NCBI GenBank assembly: GCA_951406725.2
Contig: OX597818.1
Coordinates: 142,290,001 to 142,354,000, forward strand
DNA from: Octopus vulgaris
Lineage: Eukaryota
DNA: 64,000 nucleotides
Direction of reading: 5' to 3'
Shown: positions 26,736 to 40,932 of the stretch, piece by piece
Position numbering within the stretch: the first letter of the stretch is position 1
Layout of the letters: each line of letters begins with the position of its first letter
Translations under genes and position numbers: made by a program
The notes under the pieces: model-generated
The model's database searches: none
Seen by the model: only the letters and a program-made list of their open reading frames with translations
Told to the model about the DNA's origin: nothing

Positions 26736-27922
26736 AGTCACTTGGTCTGAAGAGCCTTGAGAGACACCAGTATCAATTGGTTAAATATATCTCAATATTT
26801 AACTGATGATACATTATTTTACTGTCTTTGGAAGGATGATAACAATGTTGACTTCAGCAAGATTTGTATTCATAACAAAGAGAGCCAGAACTACATACCA
26901 CAAGGCATTCTGTCCAATACTAACATTCCTGCCAACTCACTATCATGAACCTATGGAATATTATAGTTAATTATTATTATTCTATATAATTTCCTCGTAG
27001 ATAAACATTTTTTTATTGAAATTCAATAAAGCTAATTAATTAGCTTTATTGAATTCTTTAAATGAGGAAACCTTTAAGCAGTTGGCTGTATTTTTATAAA
27101 CTGACAATCATACAAATTTATAATCTACTTGGCTAAAATCCATATGTTTATATATCGATTAGTTCTTTGTTATTCTCACAGCTTACCTAAACAACTTCTC
27201 TTAACCTACTATTCCTCCCCTTCCCCTATATATCTTTTTCTCATTTTGTAGATATTTATAGTTCTTTAATGATTTACCAAAACTTATTATTCACCTCAGG
27301 AACAAACTATGCTGAAGCTACTTAACTTTGATTTAACCTCTGATGGAGTGGCAGAGACTCGGTGCCAAATGAGATCTATTCACATCTACCTGTATTGATG
27401 CCACAAATCAATCATCCCCAAAATCTTCCCAGCATACTGTATCCAGTGCCAGTTGGTGCAATACAAAGAGACAAATCTACTACTTAGAAGATCTAGACAT
27501 GAGATATAGTAGGTACTGGAGTGAATCAAAGACTGGTGTGTCCTGTGCCAATTGGTACTATATGAGGCTAGGTTACTCCTAGAAGAGATTGGGGTACTCA
27601 GTACCAACTGGTCCAATATAAATTGGGGCCACATTAAAAGTACTGGTAGTGGTGCCACAAAAAAGCACCCAATGCACTTTGTGGAGTGGTTGACATTAAG
27701 AGGGGCATCCAGCTGTAGAAACCATGCCAGAACAGACAATGGAGCCTGGTGTGGCTCCAGGCCTTACCAGTTCCAGTCAAACCATCCAACCCATACAAGC
27801 ATGGAAAACGGACATACAATGATGATGATGATAAAGCTGCCATTTAGAATATATCAAGAAAATAGTGGCAGAAATAGTAGAGTGATAACAAGAAGCTTTG
27901 CAGTATTTAGTTACGTACTTTT

Positions 27923-28273
27923 CTTTTTTTTTCTTTTTTTTTTTTTTTTTAGACTCCGCCGGTTACGACGACGAGGGTCCCAGCTGATACGATCAATGGA
28001 ACAGCTTGCTCGTAAAATTAACGTGCAAATGGCTGAGCATTCCACAGACATGTGTACCCTTAACGCAGTTCTCGGGGATAATCAGCGTGACACAGAGAGT
28101 GACAAGGCTGACCCTTTGAAATACAAGTACAACTCATTTTTGCCAGCTGAGTGGACTGGAGCAACGTGAAATAAAGTGTCTTGCTCAAGGACACAACGCG
28201 TCGCCGGGAATCGAACTCACAACCTTACGATCATGAGCCGAATGCCCTAACCACTAAGCCACGCGCCCTCACT
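27923..28273 (-). mobile_element. SINE: head H3 + central GTGTCCTTGAGCAAGACAC...CCACTCAGCTG domain + tail T3 + poly(A)
   Basis: TSD ttacgt(a/c)ctttt at 27911-27922 and 28274-28285. The central domain resembles CORE/Meta-type SINE domains. A diverged copy lies at ~4590-4895. Confidence 0.85.
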
Positions 28274-29322
28274 TTACGTCCTTTTACAGTCTACTTCAAT
28301 CTCACACTGCTTAATTGATAAAATGCCTCAATAATACATTCATCTAACCCATGCTAACAAAGAAAAATGTACATGAAACAAATGAGTGAATGAACCAACA
28401 AATGGCTTGTATAACCAACAGGTCATTATTCAACCTGTTAGAAATAGCAGCTAAATGTTCCTTGTATCACACATTACCATTTTAAATAAACAAGTAGATA
28501 TAGTCCCTGATATACATATGTCTGTTTCTTCATGCTAGCATGGGTTGGATGAATATTTATTGTTGAGGCATTATTTAATAGGCAGATATCCTTCTTGTTG
28601 CTAACTCTCTGCATAAGGGATTTTTTTTTTATTCCAGTTGTCTTTGAAAGTTCAGAACTACAGGGTAATTTGTTGATCAAGAATTATCTAACGTAGATGT
28701 GAGATCTGAAATTTCATGTGAGAGATTAATAAGTTAAGCTGAACCCAGTCCACGACTAGTACTTTATTTTACTGACCCTGAAAGGATTAAAGGCAAAGTT
28801 TATCTTGGTAAAATTTGGACTCAGGATGTAAAGGGCTGACCTAAGTGGTCAGCTTTTGCAAAGTATTTTGCCCAAAACTAATAATAACAGTTTCTGATTG
28901 AGGGACAAGACCAACAATATTGAGGGGAGAGGGGCCAAACAACACCATCCATCCCTGTACTTGACTACTACTTTATTGTACTGACTTCAAAAAAATGAAA
29001 AGTAAAGTTGACCCTAGCAAGATCTGAACTTGGAACACAATGCATTTTGCTTAACACTGTAACAATTATGCAAAATCTTACTGCACTGATAATTCTAATA
29101 CAGGCACAAGGCCTGAAATTTGGGGAAGAGGTTAGTTGATTACATTGAACCTAGTTTTCAACTGATACTTATTTTATCAACTTCAGCAGGATTTGAACTC
29201 AGAACATACAGATGGATGAAATGCTGCTGAGCATTTTGTCCAGCATGCAAACAAATCTACCAGTTTGCTGCCTTCTTAATAACGATGATGATGATGATGA
29301 TGACAAGGAGGAGAAGATGTAC

Positions 29323-29358
<36 letters not shown>

Positions 29359-29380
29359 GAAATGTAATAAAAAAACTCAC

Positions 29381-30336
29381 CTCGTCCTCCTGTGGAACTA
29401 TTGTGTCTTCCAAACGTTGGTCATATTTAGTGTCATAGTCATCCTCCGAAGATTCTGAATCCGACCAACTTCGGTCAAATAGTTCTTCAGGAGACAAAGA
29501 AATAATTTCTTGGTCATTAATACTAGAATCTTTGTTAAATAAATCAGATTTGGTATCCAAAAGACTAACAATACCATTGCGCTGTGTATATCGCTTTGGT
29601 AATGAATTTGTGTTTTTATGATTTTTGTTAATGACTATTTCATCATTTGCTAAAACTTTTTGCAAACTTGGAGAACAGGATTGTGACTGCGGCAGTGGAT
29701 GGGAACCGGATTCTCCCTCAGCACTCCACTTATTTTTATTAATTTTTTCCACAAAGGCACGTACATATCCAGCTGCCATTGTAGGGTTTGCCAGATACTC
29801 ATCTTTGACTGGTGGTGGCTTTTTGACATTTTCTACTGGAGTGAAGGAGTTTGTTAATTTCTCAATGGTTTGAGAAATGTGTTTTGTACGATTTTGTGGT
29901 GAGGAAGGCATGGATTTGGACATTTGGCTTTCAGCAATGGTTTTATCTTTCAGTGTTTTCACTGGTGATGTCGATTCTTTGTTCAGTTTCTGAAATTCAC
30001 TGCATCTCTGCCGCACAATGCCAGAGAGCTTTGGAGACGTTGGTGTGGAAAGCGAAGAATTCCATCCAGAGAGTGGAGGAGAATTATTTGATTGTGGAGC
30101 TTCATAAAAAGGAATTTCTTCGTAGATTGGTGAATCAGGACAACTTTCTGTAGTGTTGTCTAAAAGACACAGACAGTTTGAAGAACTTTCTGCTTGCTCA
30201 TGCTTTATTGCTTCTGTTGAGGTGTCCTCTGCAGTGTTTCCAGAAATCACAACACCATTGAGTTTGTTGTGAGACTTTGTAAGTTTTGAGCCAACCCCTG
30301 TAATGAGGCGCTCCAAGAACTTCGGCTTGGCTGGTG
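29381..30336 (-). CDS. Large internal coding exon (956 nt) of a minus-strand multi-exon gene; disordered Ser/Pro-rich region of a probable signalling/cytoskeletal protein
   Basis: Only long, non-repetitive ORF in the window (track 29276..30316). Acceptor ttttatattttcAG|CACCAGCC at 30338-30337; donor GAGGACGAG|GTGAGT at 29380. Reads (x)CA-PAKPKFLERL...TIVPQEDE, entering in phase 1 and exiting in phase 0. Beyond the donor the ORF runs into (ACT)n/(CAT)n microsatellite. No folded domain recognised. Confidence 0.9.
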
Positions 30337-30954
30337 CTGAAAATATAAAAAAAAGAATTTTAATTAATTTCAGAAAACAATTTAATCACTATACAAATAC
30401 TTGCTTTTTATTAGACAAATACTTTTACTTCCTTCTGATGTGATATTTTGGAAATCAGATGTGTTCTTGCTGTTTCTGTGACAAAACATACCAATATTTC
30501 ATTTTCATTCCGAGAGATACAGCACAAGTGTTCTCATTGTGAGTCTTATTCAAAACTTTATGTGCTTCCTTCTAAACATTATTTTCGGTCTCTCAAATGT
30601 TTTCTTGTCTAATAACAATCCCAAATTCCACAAACTCACCCTTTTGATCTTTGAATGATTTGAGAAATAGTACAAAAATTTGACATTTCAATATCCACTA
30701 GTCTAGTTTCGTTCATCTGTAGCCCCAATGAAGCAAACCTTTTAATGCCTTAGTTGATCATATTCATCACAGAACTAATTTCATTAGTCTGTATTTGTGA
30801 AACTGCTAAATCATAGGACATAAAAGGAACACAATATGAGTTCTTCAGGGAATCTGTAAGAAAGAACATAGCTGCTACTTGCTTGCAAGTACAACTAGGT
30901 GAAATGCACCAATGCTTTTGATAATTGTTTTAGGTATTTATAGGTATAGTTGTG

Positions 30955-31325
30955 ATACCTGCGCCGGTGGCACATAAAAAGCACCATCCGAACGTGGCTG
31001 ATGCCAGCGCCGCCTTGATTAGCTTCTGTGCTGGTGGCATGTAAAAAGCACCATCCGAACATGGCCAATGCCAGCGCCGTCTTTACTGGCTGCTGTGCCG
31101 GTGGCACGTAAAAAGCTCCAACCGATTGTTGCCGTTGCTAGCTTCCTCTGGCACATAAAAAGCACCCACTACACTCACAGAGTGGTTGGCGTTAGGAAGG
31201 GCATCCAGCTGTAGAAACACTGCCAGGTCAGACTGGAGCCTGGTGCAGCCTCCTGGCTTCCCAGACCCCGGTCGAACCGTCCAACCCATGCTAGCATGGA
31301 AAACGGACGTTAAACAATGATGATG
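30955..31325 (+). mobile_element. RTE-related short retroposon (family B)
   Basis: Four GGTGGCACRTAAAAAGCACC-type units, then the shared body and (GAT)n tail. Confidence 0.75.
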
Positions 31326-31958
31326 TATTTATGTAGTCACAAGCATTGACACTCTCAGCCCCTGCTCTCCTAGACTTAGTGAAACCTCCAGGATGTGACA
31401 GCCAGAAGGGAGATGCACCAGCACTAGGCTAATACTCATTTTTGGCTGAGAAGAGTCAACTAATGTACAGCAAAATACCTTGCACAATGAAACAGCATAC
31501 CACCTGGTCTGAGAGTCAAACCCACAATCTAACCACCTGGCAGAAGGAGAGAGAGAAGTGGCGCAAAGAACAATGTTATACCTAGCAATGGGGTGAACAC
31601 ATTTTATCTCTTTAACAAAGAAAAAGGAAAGAAAATCAAGTGTGTCAATAGCCAGCTGGAGGAGGTGTCCACCTGGGGCTACAAGCTACAGTAGCATCCA
31701 CCCTTAAGGGTTAGCCACAAGTAAGTGGCAAATATAATTCGCAAAATCAATTCTGTCTTGCTTCTTTGTATATTTTAATTGAATTTTATCTATTTCATTG
31801 ATTTATAAATTATTTGTCAACTAATCTGACTGACAGCTACAAGTAAGCTGTCAGTATTAGCAGGTTGGCATGACATCAAATATCACTATCACCTTAACCT
31901 CTCTCTCACTCTCATATTTGCACTCTCCCTTCTGTCTCCTCTCTCATTTCATATATAC

Positions 31959-32011
<53 letters not shown>

Positions 32012-32308
32012 TATACCTCGTTCAGAGAATTATTATTTATATATATATATATATGTCTTATCCAAAATAAGTGTAAGTGCATGTGTGTACACATACAGAC
32101 AGACACACTCACACACACTCACACACACATACACACACATACACACACACATGTATCAATGTATAATTTCCCACTTCAAATAAGAATATATCAAATCATT
32201 TGTTAAGGTTTTATTTTAAAAGAAAAAAAACATTAAGGAAACTTAAAGCAAGATAAGAACTGGAACAGGAAATAAGATGTATTTTTTTTGTTTTTGCAAA
32301 AATTAACC

Positions 32309-32356
<48 letters not shown>

Positions 32357-32501
32357 CATCAATACATTGGAATTCTACTTAACATGTCATTAAAGTCAGA
32401 TCGAGATACATATGGAAACTATATTATATTGCCAACCACATCTCTCACCCATCTAATCCATTGCAGGAAAAAATACATTATGCCATCAATATAGATAAAA
32501 A

Positions 32502-32710
<209 letters not shown>

Positions 32711-33276
32711 CACACGCATGCATGCATGTGTGCGCACATGCTTATTCTTTCGCTTGTTTCAGTCATTGAACTGTGCAGCAATACTGAGGCAATTGTCTTG
32801 ATGGCTTTAGCCAAACAAATTAATTGATCTCAGTAACACTTACTTTATCAGTCTCCTTTGCCAAACCACTATGTTAAGGGGATGTGAACAAACCAACACT
32901 GGTTGTCAAGCAATAGGAGCAGATGAACACAAAGACACACATACACACACACTCATGCAAGCACGCACACATGCATATATACACATAGTATTGGTTGATC
33001 CAAGGCTACAGTAGAAGACAGTAGCCCAAGGGGTCATGCTCTGGGATTGAACCCAGAACCACTTGTCCATGCCTACAAAGCACATTACAGTCAGTCTAGT
33101 CTGAATTTAGTATGTCCATTCTTTCATATATATATATATAAATACATACATACACACAAATTGATAGATGTATATATATATATATAGGGAGAATTTGTGA
33201 AAAAAACAAAAGACCAAGACAGATGGTGTAGAAAACAAACAGATGTATTAGTATAACACTGGGGAATTGAAAAAGT

Positions 33277-33312
33277 CTTTTACGTTTCGAGCCTATGCTC
33301 TTCCACAGAAAG
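33277..33312 (-). ncRNA. Ultra-short hammerhead-like motif with variant core
   Basis: Minus strand: CTTT-CTGTGGA-A-GAGC-ATAG-GCTC-GAAA-CG-TA-AAAG, inside a ~200-bp insert flanked by (TA)n (~33185-33386). Confidence 0.45.
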
Positions 33313-34231
33313 GAACACAGAAAGAAACAAGGTGAGAAACAAGGAGAGAAAAAAAATGTGTAGTGGCTACACACAGATGGACCTGATATATATATATATA
33401 TATATATATATTTGAAAGTCTATGAGAATTACTTAATACTGCTTTGAAGTGTAAAAGCAATTTTTTACTTTAATTATTTTTTTTTTTAAATGTTATGAAA
33501 TCTTTTATCAGGATGTTACTTTTTTGAGAAGAAGTCTTTTTTTTCTGGTGTGTGAGCACTTTCGTTTAAGAAAGAAAGAGAGAGAGAGAGGGATCTTGGT
33601 TTAAAAAAAAAAAGTATGTTATATACCTGACTGTTGTAAGGAGCTTGTAATGGGAAAAACATCTGGTTATAAAACATTGCCTTAAAAAGTCCTACTCAAC
33701 TCATACCAGCATGGAAAAGCAGTCATAAAAACAATGATATATCTATATATAGTGTACAGAAAATGTTTTAATCCAAGCTGTATCCTTGTGAAGCACATCT
33801 GGATATTTCAGTAGTCAAGTATATGTAAGTGGATGTTTTATTTTAAATGAGAAAATCGTACATGTAAGTTGAGATTCCTGGTGAATTATAATATTTACAA
33901 AGTATGTATGTATTAATACACAGACTGGACTACGTGGTACCATTTTAATTCAGTGTTATACATGTTTCATTACAATATGGGAAATGCATTTTATGAATGT
34001 AAAATTAATAGCTATATAAATATAATCAACTCAAAGTAGATATATAAATGTACATGTATAAACATGTAGAACATCTGACGTGTACAACAAAAAATACGAA
34101 GTATGAGTATATGGAATATGAATTATTTTTTCGAACAGCAGAAAACACAAACGGAAAACAAGACAAGCAACACAAAGAATGAGAGTAGAAAAAGAGCCAA
34201 CAACTGATGAAGGGTTGGTCTTTGCGTTGTT

Positions 34232-34271
<40 letters not shown>

Positions 34272-35164
34272 TATATGTATACATGTGTGTGTGTGTGTGT
34301 GTGTGTACTCTTTTACTTTCAGTCATTTGACTGCGGCCATGCTGGAGCAGCACCTTTAGTTGAGCAATTCGACCCCAGGATTTATTCTCTGTAAGCCTAG
34401 AACTTATTCTATCGGTCTCTTTTGCCTAACTGCTGAGTTATGGGTACATAAACACACCAGCATAGGTCGTCAAGTGATGTTGGGGGGGGGGACAAACACA
34501 GACACACACACACATATATACAACGGGCTTCTTTCAGTTTCCGTCTACCAAATTCACTCACAAGGCTTTGGTTGGTCCGAGGCTATAGTACAAATGGATT
34601 AGATGGGTGAGATGTGTTGGCAATACATAGTTTCCATATGTACTGAAATGGTACTTAATTTATCGACCCCGAAAGGATGAAAGGCAAAGTCAACCTCCAC
34701 AGAATTTGAACCCAGAGCGAAGCAGCAGGTGAAATATTGCTAAGCATTTCACCTGGCGTGCTAATGATTCTGCCAGCTCATCGACTTTTCTTCCATAAAT
34801 AATAATAGCAACAACATGTTTAACTTCTGGAAGAAGACATCGTTATTATCTTTTGATTATATATTCCAGTCAGAGATAATCAACTGAAACCTCATTACAA
34901 TACACTATTGTTTCCAATTAAAAAAATAATAATAATGAATGGAATGGGGCTTTTAATTTAATTTTATTCATTTTATTTTATTCTGTCTCCACTTTTGGTA
35001 TTTTTATCATTATTGATTCCTACATTCGTTTTTTTTTTTACCAATTCTTTTCAGTATCTCGCAGTCCTTATAGCTAGCATTTCTGTTATTAATTTCATTT
35101 TATTCAGTTCATTTTCTGATTCTTTTATTACTCTTTAAGAAAATGTCAAAGGAAATTTGAAGCA

Positions 35165-35315
35165 AATAATAATAATAATAATAACAACAACAATAAACAT
35201 CTAATGATAACAACAAAAATAATTACAATTATCATTATTATTATTATTATTATTATCATCATTATTATCATCATTATTATCATCATTATTATTATTATCA
35301 TTATTATTATTATTA

Positions 35316-35346
<31 letters not shown>

Positions 35347-35479
35347 CATTATTATTGTTGTTGTTGTTGTTGTTATCATTATTATTATCATTATTATTAT
35401 CATTATTACTATTATTATTATTATTATTATTATCATTATTATTATCATTATTATTATTATCATTATTATTATTATTATG

Positions 35480-35512
<33 letters not shown>
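35165..35512. repeat. (ATT)n/(ATC)/(GTT) microsatellite
   Basis: Direct reading. Confidence 0.95.
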
Positions 35513-35834
35513 TACAATTTAATTTTGACTGTTATTACTCTGCACTGCTTTAGTTCCATCTCATTATATTCAATAATTACCATTTTATTATTCTTTCTCT
35601 GGCTTCATTCATTTGATTGCACCATATTGGGGCACCACCTTGATGGATTTTAGTCAATTATATCAGCACCTTTACTCATTTCAGTCTCATACCTATTATA
35701 TCAGGCAGTTATTAATTAATTAATTAAGTTTTACCTTTCAGTATTAAGAGATGCAATTCGACTAACAATATAACACCAGTATACACAAAAATAAAATAAA
35801 ATAAAATAAAATAAAATACATGATATCATTTATT

Positions 35835-36207
35835 GTTTAATTGTTTCAGTCGTTAGACTGTGGCCATGCTGGAGCACCACCTTGAAGAATTTTTAGCAGA
35901 ATGAATTGACCTCAGTACTTACTTTTTGTTACACTTATTCTATCGGTCACTTTTGACAGACTGTTAAGTTATGAAGATGTAAACACACCAACACCAGCTG
36001 TCAAGCAGGGGAGACAGATACTGACACAAAACACACACACACACACATGATGGGCTTCTTTCAGTTTCTGTCCACCATATCTACTCACAAGGCTTTGGTT
36101 GGCCTGACACTATAGTAGAAGGCACTTGCCCAAGGTGCCATGCAATGGGACTAAACCCAGAACCGTGTGGTTGGGAAGCAAGCTTCTTATCACACGGCCA
36201 TGCCTGC
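35835..36207 (-). mobile_element. SINE family A
   Basis: Colinear similarity. Confidence 0.78.
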
Positions 36208-36831
36208 ATATATTTACATGTAAAAATGGTGACATATATCTACATCATCACCATTTTAACCTTTACTCTTCCATACTTGTATAGGTCAAAAGGAGCTTAT
36301 TGAAGCCAACCCATACCTGTCTCCAGAAGACTGAAAATGAATGATACCATTTGTATGGTGATAACATGACAAACACACACACACACTCACACAGATTCTT
36401 CCAGATTCTATCTACCAAGTCCACTGACAAAGCTTTGACTGACCCATGTCAGTAATAGAAGACACTTGTCCAAGGTGCCATGCAGTGGTACTGAACCCCT
36501 GCATATATTGACATGTAAAAATGGTGACATATATCTACATCATTATCACTTTAACATTTACTCTTCCATAACTGTATAGGTCAAAAGGATCTTATTGAAG
36601 CAAATTTTCTACAACCAGATGCTCTCTCTGTTGCCAACCCTCACCTATCTCCAGAAGACTGAAAATGAATGATACCATTTGTATGGTGATGACATGATGA
36701 AGACATGAACACACACACACACGCAAAGAGATTCTTCCAAGTTCTGTCTACCAAATCCACTCACAAAGCTTTGATTGACCCACATCAGTAAAAGACACTT
36801 GTCCAGGGTGCCATGCAGTGGTACTGAACCC
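36205..36831. repeat. Local tandem duplication (~295 + ~330 bp)
   Basis: 36205-36499 and 36500-36831 are colinear; copy 1 lacks ~30 nt after GAAGC. Confidence 0.85.
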
Positions 36832-37490
36832 CAAACTGTATGGCTGCAAAGCAAACTTCTTAACCACAAAATCAAATACACACACACCATACACATGTAT
36901 AGGTATGGTGGCTAACAGCACTGCTTTCAACCCAAAGCTACAGTAGAAGATAGTTACCCAAGGTACCAGACAGCAGGACTGAACTTAGAACTACATGAGG
37001 GCAAAATAAACTTATCTCTTATTTCTTTACTACCCACAAGGGGCTAAACACAGAGGGGACAAACAAGGACAGACAAAGGGATTAAGTTGATTACAACAAC
37101 CCCAGTGCGTAACTGGTACTTATTTTTTATTTGACGCCGAAAGGATGAAAGGCTAAGTCGACCTCAGCGGAAGTTGAACTCAGAACGTAATGACGGACGA
37201 AATACTGATAAGCTTTTTGCCCGGCTTGCTAACATTTCTGCCAGCTTGCTGCCTTGAGTAAACTTTTTGCCCACTATTTATGCTAAAGATTTCATTGTAA
37301 ATGATGTAAACTATTACAAAGACCCATCTAAGGCAGAACAGATCAATAAGTATATTGACGTGATTGAAATCATGTGTATGTGTGTCTCTGTGTGTATGTA
37401 ATGACTACATTATTTACTGATTACTTCACAGAACACATGCTAATTCCATATACTTGAATTAGGTGCTGTGTATTATTACTACTATTTTAA

Positions 37491-38102
37491 CCCTTTAGCA
37501 TTCAGATTACTCCATCAAATGTATAATAATTGGCACTCCATTGCTTACAATGACGAGGGTTCCAGTTGATCCGATCAACAGAACAGCCTGCTTGTGAAGT
37601 TAACGTGCAAGTGGCTGAGCACTCCACAGACACATGTACCCATAACGTAATTCTTGGGGATATTCAGCGTGACATAGTGTGACAAGGCTTTGAATTACAG
37701 GCACAACAGAAACAGGAAGTAAGAGTGAGAGAAAGTTGTGGTGAAAGAGTACAGTAGGGTTCAGCACCACCCCCTGCCGGAGCCTCAAGGAGTTTTAAGT
37801 GTTTTCACTCAATAAATACTCACAATGCCCAGTCTGGGAATCGAAACCGTGATCCTTTGACTGCGAGTCCGCTGCCCTAACCACTGGGCCATTGCACCTC
37901 CATCCATGAAATATAATGCTTACATAATTACATTATTGTGAATTACTCAAGCATTGCCTTGTTGCTTTGAGATTTCAATGATGGCATTCTTTACTTTAGG
38001 AATGACATTGTGGGGTAGGTTTAAGAGGCTAGATCAGGCTAGTTCAAACATAAAACTGGTTGAGTATTTTGGCTGGATATGGCTGGTTTAAATGCTAAAG
38101 GG
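37491..38102. mobile_element. TTAA-targeting MITE family P2 carrying a nested H2/T3 SINE
   Basis: TTAA flanks; perfect 12-bp TIR CCCTTTAGCATT/AATGCTAAAGGG. Empty short copy at 8711-8872. Confidence 0.8.
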
Positions 38103-39499
38103 TTAAACTATGATACTTTCTCCCAACAAGGTAATTGATCAGTCACTTAACACTAACAGGATAGGTTATTACACTAATGCCCAACATTGCTTAATAATTG
38201 AGTTACATGATTCCACTTCCTGCAGTGAGCCTGATACTCTTCTCTGTTTCAAATCCATGTTTATAATGTCTAATTTCATTAATCACTCTTTCTGTTATGT
38301 TCTCCAGCTGCCTATGTAGCAACCAAATGAATTCTCAATGTAACTCTGTATGGTCGAGTGAATAGTGATGAACGTTTTCACTTCCTATCTTGTAAGTTCC
38401 TATTCCTTCTGGGGACGGTAGTAAATAGTGGTAGTAGCTGTAGTAGTATTAGTGGTGGTGGTGCCATCTCACAGTAGATGGAAACAACTTGGAAGAAGTA
38501 ATTAGGCCAAACAACTAAATTAATTTTGAATTGAATCCCATAGACAATATAATGCAGAAACAAGATACCCCAAGAGATGCTGGACAACAGTCACACAGCA
38601 AATGCCTTCGTGAAGAAGTTGACTATAGTGTCAGTAGAATGATGGTGGCAGTGGTGATAATGGATGGAGATGGTAGTGAGGACAGTTGTTGGTGGTTATA
38701 TCTACAGTAGTGATGCTGCTGCTGATGATAATGACATCATTGGGATTCAAAACAGCAAACCTGTTGGTTCAATTCTCATGGCCTCATCCCTAATTTTATA
38801 GCCAGACTAAATACATATGTAATATGACTCAATAGATATTTATTAATTCATAACCCATTCTGTATTAGTGGTGATGGTTCTTTGGTAATTGCTTGGTTTT
38901 TGTTTTTTTTTCTTTCTCTTGCTTTGAACCACTCCTGAGAGATTCACTGGAACAAGATCAGTGAAGCCCATCCTTCTCCAGGTCTGACCACAACCAGTTT
39001 GAGAGAGAGAGAGGGGGACAGAGGAAGAGAAAGAGAGAGGGGGGGAAAGGGGGAAAGAGGAAGAGAAAGAGAGAGAGAAGGGGAGAGGGGGACAGAGGAA
39101 GAGAAAGAGAGAGAGAAGGGGAGAGGGGGACAGAGGAAGAGAAAGAGAGAGAGAGAGAATTAAACTAATACTTTATGTATTGGCTGCAAAAGGATGAATA
39201 GTAAAATTGGTTAGGGTAGAATTTGAACTTGGAACGAACATCACAAGGCATTCTGTCCAATGCTTTAATGGCTGCCAGCTTACTACTTTCTCTAGCAATT
39301 AAAGAATCTAAATCTACTGCCAGCTCCGTCTGGCACCTGTGCGGGTGGCACGTAAAAAGCACCCACTACACTCACGGAGTGGTTGGCGTTAGGAAGGGCA
39401 TCCAGCCGTAGAAACACTGCCAGATCAGACCCCAGTTGAACCATCCAACCCATGCTAGCATGGAAAGCGGACGCTAAATGATGATGATGATGATGAAAT

Positions 39500-39829
39500 C
39501 AGTGGTTCTCAATTGGGGTCCACATAACCCCTGGAGGTCCATGCTAGCAAAATAGTAAATTTGGGATCCACAGTAACATTTTAAGGGCCCATAAAAAAAA
39601 TGTTACTTTGGATGTATTTATTGCAAGGAACAGCCATATTTCTTTCTTTAATGTTTTGCATAGTTCAACCTACACAAATTAATGTCTGAAAAGCAAAATA
39701 GAAATTTTGAAAGTATCTATAGAACTAATTTTTAAACATCATATGGCTATGAGGGTCCACTAGAATAGAATAATAACCAATGGGTCCAGAGACCAAAAAA
39801 GAAAAAAAAAACCGGTTGAAATACATTTG
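39500..39829. mobile_element. Degenerate hAT-like MITE
   Basis: Starts CAGTGGTTCTCAA; right end GGTTGAAATACATTTG is decayed; internal GGGTCCA repeats. Confidence 0.5.
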
Positions 39830-40932
39830 GAGCATCAGCAAAGTACCATGCATTTATTGCAAGTCCCTAAATTTAGGATATTTAGAGTATCACCGAAGTA
39901 CTGTACAAGGAGCAGCAAGGTCATAAAGGTACCATTTTGGGAGTGACAGTATAAACAACAACAACAACTAACTTCCAACATCAGTAAGAAATGACTAAAT
40001 TTGTAAGAGCAAAGAACATACTCCACCCTTGGAGGAAAGAAACAGAGAGAGAGAAAGAGGGAGAGAGAAAGAGAGAGAGGAGGGGAGGGGTAGATTAGGA
40101 GAGAGAGGGAAAGAGGGGAGAAAAGTATAAGACCTACCTACATCATTATTTTTACTTAAAAGTGCAAAATTTATGATTTTTTTAAAAACTATCTTCAAGA
40201 TGAAATGGGAGGGTTTGGGTGTTCTTTCGTAGCAGACAGCTTATCTTTTTAGGAGAAAAATCAAAACAAACATCAACAATCGTGGTACTAATAATAATTT
40301 CTAGTTCAGGCATGAAGTCAGGAACTTTGAGGGGAGGGACTAGTCAATAGCACTGACCCCACTACTTCCCTGATACTTTTATTTATCAACTCCAAAAAGA
40401 TGAAAGATAAAGCTGACCAAGGCAAAATTTGAACTCAGAATGTAAAGATCCAGAAGAAATGCTGTATGGCAATTTTATTGCCTTGAGCATCATAGTATTA
40501 ATAACACCAACAACAATAAAATAAAAGGATCTCTTTACATGGCTGCCTGACTTGCTAGAAATAACAGCTACATCTCCCTTGAACCACAGACTTAACTGTC
40601 ATAAAAAAGTAAAGGACACTTGGATAATGTAATCATTGTCCAAGATATACTATGCCAGAATAAATCTTTAAGAAATAAGTAGGACGGTAAAGGTTAGACC
40701 ATCTTTGATCATTGGTACACTTATTCAATAAGAGCTGATCCAACACAAAACAACAATAACAATATTTACAAGAATAACAGGATCTGATTAAAGGGAAGCA
40801 ACAATTACATTAATAACACAAGAAATTTCATTGAGCCAATTGAGGAACCCTATGAGAGCTCTCAATCTGCAAGAAATAACAACCAAATCTTCCTACTATC
40901 TTTAAAAAATGTAAAATACATTGGGTGATACT

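Noticed and set aside
29276-29380. C-terminal extension of the 346-aa ORF (poly-T, poly-H)
   Set aside because: It lies beyond a consensus GTGAGT donor and consists of microsatellite, so it is intronic.
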